A DNA stretch of 64,000 nt from sequence record NC_010821.1; one strand, given 5' to 3'. This document shows positions 60,113-64,000 of this stretch, in pieces. The translations under genes and the position numbers were made by a program. Numbering within the stretch: the first letter of the stretch is position 1; each line of letters starts with the position of its first letter. Below the pieces are notes generated by a model. That model worked only from the letters and a program-made list of their open reading frames with translations, had not been told where the DNA came from and made no database searches.

Positions 60113-61219
60113 ATGCAGTGGCTTAAAAAACTGTTTGGTGGCGAACCTTGTGGTACCGGTGGCGATGAACCTAAGAAAGAACCATTTACTATCATGTCGC
60201 TGTATGACAAGATCGTAAAGGATGCGTATCAATACCCTACCCATGTTGGTCGACTTGAACTGGAATATAAATTACCCCACGGTGAGCACGTATACAAGCG
60301 GGATGTGGTTCTTAAATTTGACCCTAAGGAATGTGAGATCAAGTATTGCCGTATCGACTGTAACGATTTCTCCGTGTTTACCTTCCGGCTAGACGATCTT
60401 CGTAAACACATTATTAACACTGGCAGTGAGCACGTTTATGAACTTGATCGATATAACCTTGAGTTCAAGTTGAGTTGGGTTAACTACGCTGAGATGGAAA
60501 AGCTAACGGCATTGGGTGTACGGGCTCTACTGGAAGAAACTCCACTTGGGACAGCACTTCGAGCATTCAATCACCTGTACATGGTCAGTAATGACGCACC
60601 GGATGAGTCCGCCTTGTATCTAACTCATATAGGTGGTCATCGCAGTGTCCCACATTGGGTGACAGACAGTTATTACCATTTCGGTAAGGTGAGTGAGACT
60701 AGTACCTTACCTTCGTTGATTGTAACTGATGACCGTATTTGTGACGTGAAGTATCTCCCGATGGATCATCACCGACGTTGGGTCACTTTCACAGAGACTA
60801 CTGGCCAGGGGGTTGTTACCATCGTACCGACTGAGAGCTTTACTGGTAAAGTGATTAGTTGTGACGTGGTATTCGATCTTGACGATCCAGCTATGGCTGG
60901 TGTGAGTGTCAACGTCTGTAAACTGTTGTACGATGCATGTGGTGACCTATGGCGCGATAGGTTTAAAGAACTCTACGGAGGTGCAGCGAAAAATAACTCC
61001 GCACTCGCCCTGATTCTCGAACCAAAAGACTTGAAAGTTAAATGGGGTGGAATCCATTACAATCTGTGGGATTTCATATACGACCAAATTGAGAAATTCG
61101 ATCCTGAGAAACGACCTTACATCCTTACTAATGTATCGCCAGTCAACATCCTAGAAAACATCTTCGGTATTGATCGGCATGGTAATATGACCTTTAAACC
61201 AGCAGAGGCGCAACAATGA
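60113..61219 (+). CDS. hypothetical protein
   Basis: 368 aa, GAGG RBS. Confidence 0.75.
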   Translation: MQWLKKLFGGEPCGTGGDEPKKEPFTIMSLYDKIVKDAYQYPTHVGRLELEYKLPHGEHVYKRDVVLKFDPKECEIKYCRIDCNDFSVFTFRLDDLRKHIINTGSEHVYELDRYNLEFKLSWVNYAEMEKLTALGVRALLEETPLGTALRAFNHLYMVSNDAPDESALYLTHIGGHRSVPHWVTDSYYHFGKVSETSTLPSLIVTDDRICDVKYLPMDHHRRWVTFTETTGQGVVTIVPTESFTGKVISCDVVFDLDDPAMAGVSVNVCKLLYDACGDLWRDRFKELYGGAAKNNSALALILEPKDLKVKWGGIHYNLWDFIYDQIEKFDPEKRPYILTNVSPVNILENIFGIDRHGNMTFKPAEAQQ

Positions 61220-62247
61220 GTGTTATCGGTGACATTAAGAAATACCTTACTCATCAGTTTACTGATCCTACGGTATTCTTGGGTATTGCCCAGATGCTTC
61301 AAGCGGGTATTCCAATCGTAAAGGTACGTTATCGTAATGTACCAGAACCTCGATATTACATGGGCACTGGCGAGCGTTATGGTAACGGTGTGGGTAAACA
61401 TGCTCGTTGGATGATGACGGTAACCCACTTCAAACAACACGATGATGGCATTAGTCGTTTGGAACCTGAGATTAGTCCTTGGATGGACCAACGCGAGTTG
61501 GATCTTTTGCTCCAATGGCACAACTATGATATCCATGTGATGGAAGCCACCTTCGTATCAGCTGTAACAGCTGAGGATCAGGTCGACATCATCAAGGATA
61601 TCGTACGTCGTTTGAAGCCTGGTCAAGGTTACAACTATAGCGGTTCTGAGATCAAGACTGATTGCATCCAACCGGACGGTTATCTGATCCATACCGGTAG
61701 CCATAAACGAATCGTACCTGAACGATTCATTAATACTGGTCTGGTATTCCCACGAGATCAATTCGGCAATGACTTCAAAACGAAGAACTTGTTCGTAGCC
61801 GATGAGAAGCGTATTAGACGTCAACATCGTTCGAACAAAGATCTCCATCGGTGGCTGGTGGTTAAACCAGTGGTCAGTGTAAATGATCAATGGGCTATTA
61901 AATACACCAATGGTCACACAGCACATGCACCGGTACATTATTACAGTGTCGATATTGACATTGATAATAAAGCCATGAAGGGCCACCCCTTCTATATCCG
62001 TGAACTGGTAGAACAGGCCCTTAAGGACATTCATGCGATACACTCCGATGGTGACTACGTTTTCAATCCAGATAACGTTTTGATCACATGGGACGGTCGT
62101 TCAGAAACCCTCCCTAAATGGTTAGAACGCGCAGCGCGGTATCGTGCTTCTAATGATGAGGAACCGATCATCATCACTGAGAATTTCAATGGTGAAGTTG
62201 ATTTCGGTTACTATAATAATGTAAAACTAACTTTGGGGAATAAATAA
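61216..62247 (+). CDS. hypothetical protein
   Basis: 343 aa, ATGA coupling. Confidence 0.75.
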   Translation: MSVIGDIKKYLTHQFTDPTVFLGIAQMLQAGIPIVKVRYRNVPEPRYYMGTGERYGNGVGKHARWMMTVTHFKQHDDGISRLEPEISPWMDQRELDLLLQWHNYDIHVMEATFVSAVTAEDQVDIIKDIVRRLKPGQGYNYSGSEIKTDCIQPDGYLIHTGSHKRIVPERFINTGLVFPRDQFGNDFKTKNLFVADEKRIRRQHRSNKDLHRWLVVKPVVSVNDQWAIKYTNGHTAHAPVHYYSVDIDIDNKAMKGHPFYIRELVEQALKDIHAIHSDGDYVFNPDNVLITWDGRSETLPKWLERAARYRASNDEEPIIITENFNGEVDFGYYNNVKLTLGNK

Positions 62248-62486
62248 TGACACGTACACGACTCGAGAAAAAATTGCTGAAAGACTACCTCCATTCACAA
62301 AGCTTTGTTGAGTGGTTCCAAGACTTCCGTGGTGCACTACTGGAAACCTTGGAAGAGAACAATGATCCTCGGGTTATCATCCGTCAGTTCAAGAACCGTA
62401 TGGTTAAACGGGGTAACCGTAATGTGTGGTTCCGTCGTACGCGGATGGCACATTACGTTAAAGTGGCATTGGACCTCGATCTGTAA
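62247..62486 (+). CDS. small basic protein
   Basis: 79 aa, TAATG coupling. Confidence 0.65.
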   Translation: MTRTRLEKKLLKDYLHSQSFVEWFQDFRGALLETLEENNDPRVIIRQFKNRMVKRGNRNVWFRRTRMAHYVKVALDLDL

Positions 62487-62519
62487 CCAATCCTGTAGTC
62501 TAACTACAGGGGCTACACC

Positions 62520-62927
62520 ATGACCTTTAATGTTGTTGAAACAGTGGTTGATCTGAACTATCGGTTCAACCGCACCTACTACGAACACGGGGATAACCTA
62601 GTTAAAGTAGGTAATAAAGATTGGGGATTCACTGACGCGGATATTGTAGAGATCAAGTTGTATGGTTGGCAAGCTAAAGAACAGAAACTTAAGTTCTATA
62701 AAGAACGTAACTATGTTCAGCAAGACCGATTGATCTTTACGATCTTTGATGAATACACTAACCTGATTCAAACTGAACTGCATGTAATCCTTTCTGAGAA
62801 AAGAACTTACTGGCGTGAGAACCGCGAGACCCGTGGTCGCACGTTCCCTAATTTCTCATTAAAGCTTAAGATCATTCAAGATCCAAACAAGAAGACTTAC
62901 GTGTGGTCTGGGGAGTATTGGGGATGA
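62520..62927 (+). CDS. hypothetical protein
   Basis: 135-aa ORF. Confidence 0.7.
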   Translation: MTFNVVETVVDLNYRFNRTYYEHGDNLVKVGNKDWGFTDADIVEIKLYGWQAKEQKLKFYKERNYVQQDRLIFTIFDEYTNLIQTELHVILSEKRTYWRENRETRGRTFPNFSLKLKIIQDPNKKTYVWSGEYWG

Positions 62928-63352
62928 AGTCATCAACGCGTATCACGATACCTATTATCCACGGTGTTAATGGTTGCATCATGGATTTCCCATTTACACG
63001 TCAGGGTGAGACTAGGTTGGCTCCAATCAAATGGATTACACCTATCGAAGTTGAATACCCTGATGGATGGGCCATCTTTAAACTGAAAACCGTTCCTACC
63101 TTGATCCTTTATGAAGACCATAAAGAGTTCGAGATATGGGATCAGTACATGATGTCCAAACCTAAGTTGGTAGGTCGAGTTAAAATCAACTGCACTACCG
63201 ATTATTATGAAGTCGAACTTGAACCTAAGTACAGGTGTTTCCGACTGAGTATGATTCTGTTGGTACACCATAACCCACAGGAACCTTTTTATACCAATGC
63301 GTTTCGTAACCGTACTCCGTATGGTGAGTGGCGCTATAAGGATGTTATCTAA
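62924..63352 (+). CDS. hypothetical protein
   Basis: ATGA coupling, GGGAG RBS. Confidence 0.7.
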   Translation: MKSSTRITIPIIHGVNGCIMDFPFTRQGETRLAPIKWITPIEVEYPDGWAIFKLKTVPTLILYEDHKEFEIWDQYMMSKPKLVGRVKINCTTDYYEVELEPKYRCFRLSMILLVHHNPQEPFYTNAFRNRTPYGEWRYKDVI

Positions 63353-63601
63353 ATGTGGAACGATCCGTTAATCACCCCAAAGCCGGCTGCCAGGCCACCA
63401 GCACCAAAGGCACCACCACGGAAACCGGCTAAGAAGAAGCCTAAACCAAAGCCTAGGCCTAAGTCCACTGCTAAGTTGGAGAAAGACCTAGCTACCCTAA
63501 AAGAGTTGACTAAGTCTCAAGGTATCCAGCTTGCACGTTTGGGTGAGATCGTTACCAACCTTCAGTTGAATCATATTGATCGAATCGCGGTGGATACATG
63601 A
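63353..63601 (+). CDS. Pro/Lys-rich protein with a C-terminal coiled coil
   Basis: 82 aa; KPAARPPAPKAPPRKPAKKKPKPKPRPK. Confidence 0.65.
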   Translation: MWNDPLITPKPAARPPAPKAPPRKPAKKKPKPKPRPKSTAKLEKDLATLKELTKSQGIQLARLGEIVTNLQLNHIDRIAVDT

Positions 63602-63921
63602 ATGACTTATGGGAATTGTTAAAGAAAGTCTTTTGTTCGAAGCGTAGTGAAGGGCACCATAAGAAACTTCATGACGCTTGTACACGCAAACCTTTACCTG
63701 ATAAGGCTCCACCTGGACCACCTAAGATCAATAAAGTTACTACCGTAAGGCTTGAGGTCGATATGGCAAAACAAACTAAGAAAGATAAGATTGTTGAACT
63801 AGAACGTGAACTCAAAGACCTGCGTCAACAATCTGAGAATCAAACAGCTTTGTTGGAAGTTATCGTTAAAGAGTTGTCTGGTCTACGCCGTGATCTCTCA
63901 CACCTACTCCCGGAGAAATAA
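63598..63921 (+). CDS. Pro/Lys-rich protein with a C-terminal coiled coil
   Basis: 107 aa, ATGA coupling. Confidence 0.65.
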   Translation: MNDLWELLKKVFCSKRSEGHHKKLHDACTRKPLPDKAPPGPPKINKVTTVRLEVDMAKQTKKDKIVELERELKDLRQQSENQTALLEVIVKELSGLRRDLSHLLPEK

Positions 63922-63923
63922 GA

Positions 63924-64000
63924 ATGGCAATTGCAGTAGTTAACCATAGTGATCTTGTTAAGTTCACCGATGACTTGGGGTTTCCTAAGTACACCAAAGT
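63924..64000 (+). CDS. partial ORF running off the window
   Basis: ATG GCA ATT GCA GTA... open to the end. Confidence 0.5.
   Translation, partial: MAIAVVNHSDLVKFTDDLGFPKYTK

Overview
The window is 64 kb of a phiKZ-like jumbo myophage (Chimalliviridae-type). No cellular genes, tRNA, rRNA or CRISPR array were seen; a Pseudomonas-type host is inferred only from synteny and promoter motifs. Bases 6.4-27.8 kb carry the conserved late/virion block: prohead protease, split virion RNA polymerase (beta'C candidate, beta, beta'N), an acidic head protein, a 2337-aa tape-measure/lytic transglycosylase and a phiKZ gp182-like protein. The beta gene is interrupted by a compact 336-nt group I intron with no homing endonuclease. 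The rest is mostly densely packed + strand accessory genes behind TATATTAC-type early promoters and C(UUCG)G hairpin terminators. Recognisable ones are dTMP kinase, a DEDDh exonuclease, an SNF2-like helicase, a Thg1-like protein, a DprA/SLOG-like protein, a GIY-YIG-like protein, an HD (ppGpp hydrolase-like) protein, dCTP deaminase and an NAD-dependent DNA ligase. The strongest leads are: (1) a Tad1-like nucleotide-signal sponge fused to an acidic N-terminal extension with head-protease-like motifs, sitting in the late block; (2) a catalytically dead ligase adenylation-domain paralogue coupled to the real ligase; (3) a stand-alone, promoter- and terminator-bounded structured RNA candidate at about 43.0-43.2 kb; (4) the endonuclease-free intron. 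All family calls come from motif recognition and recalled synteny; no database search was run.
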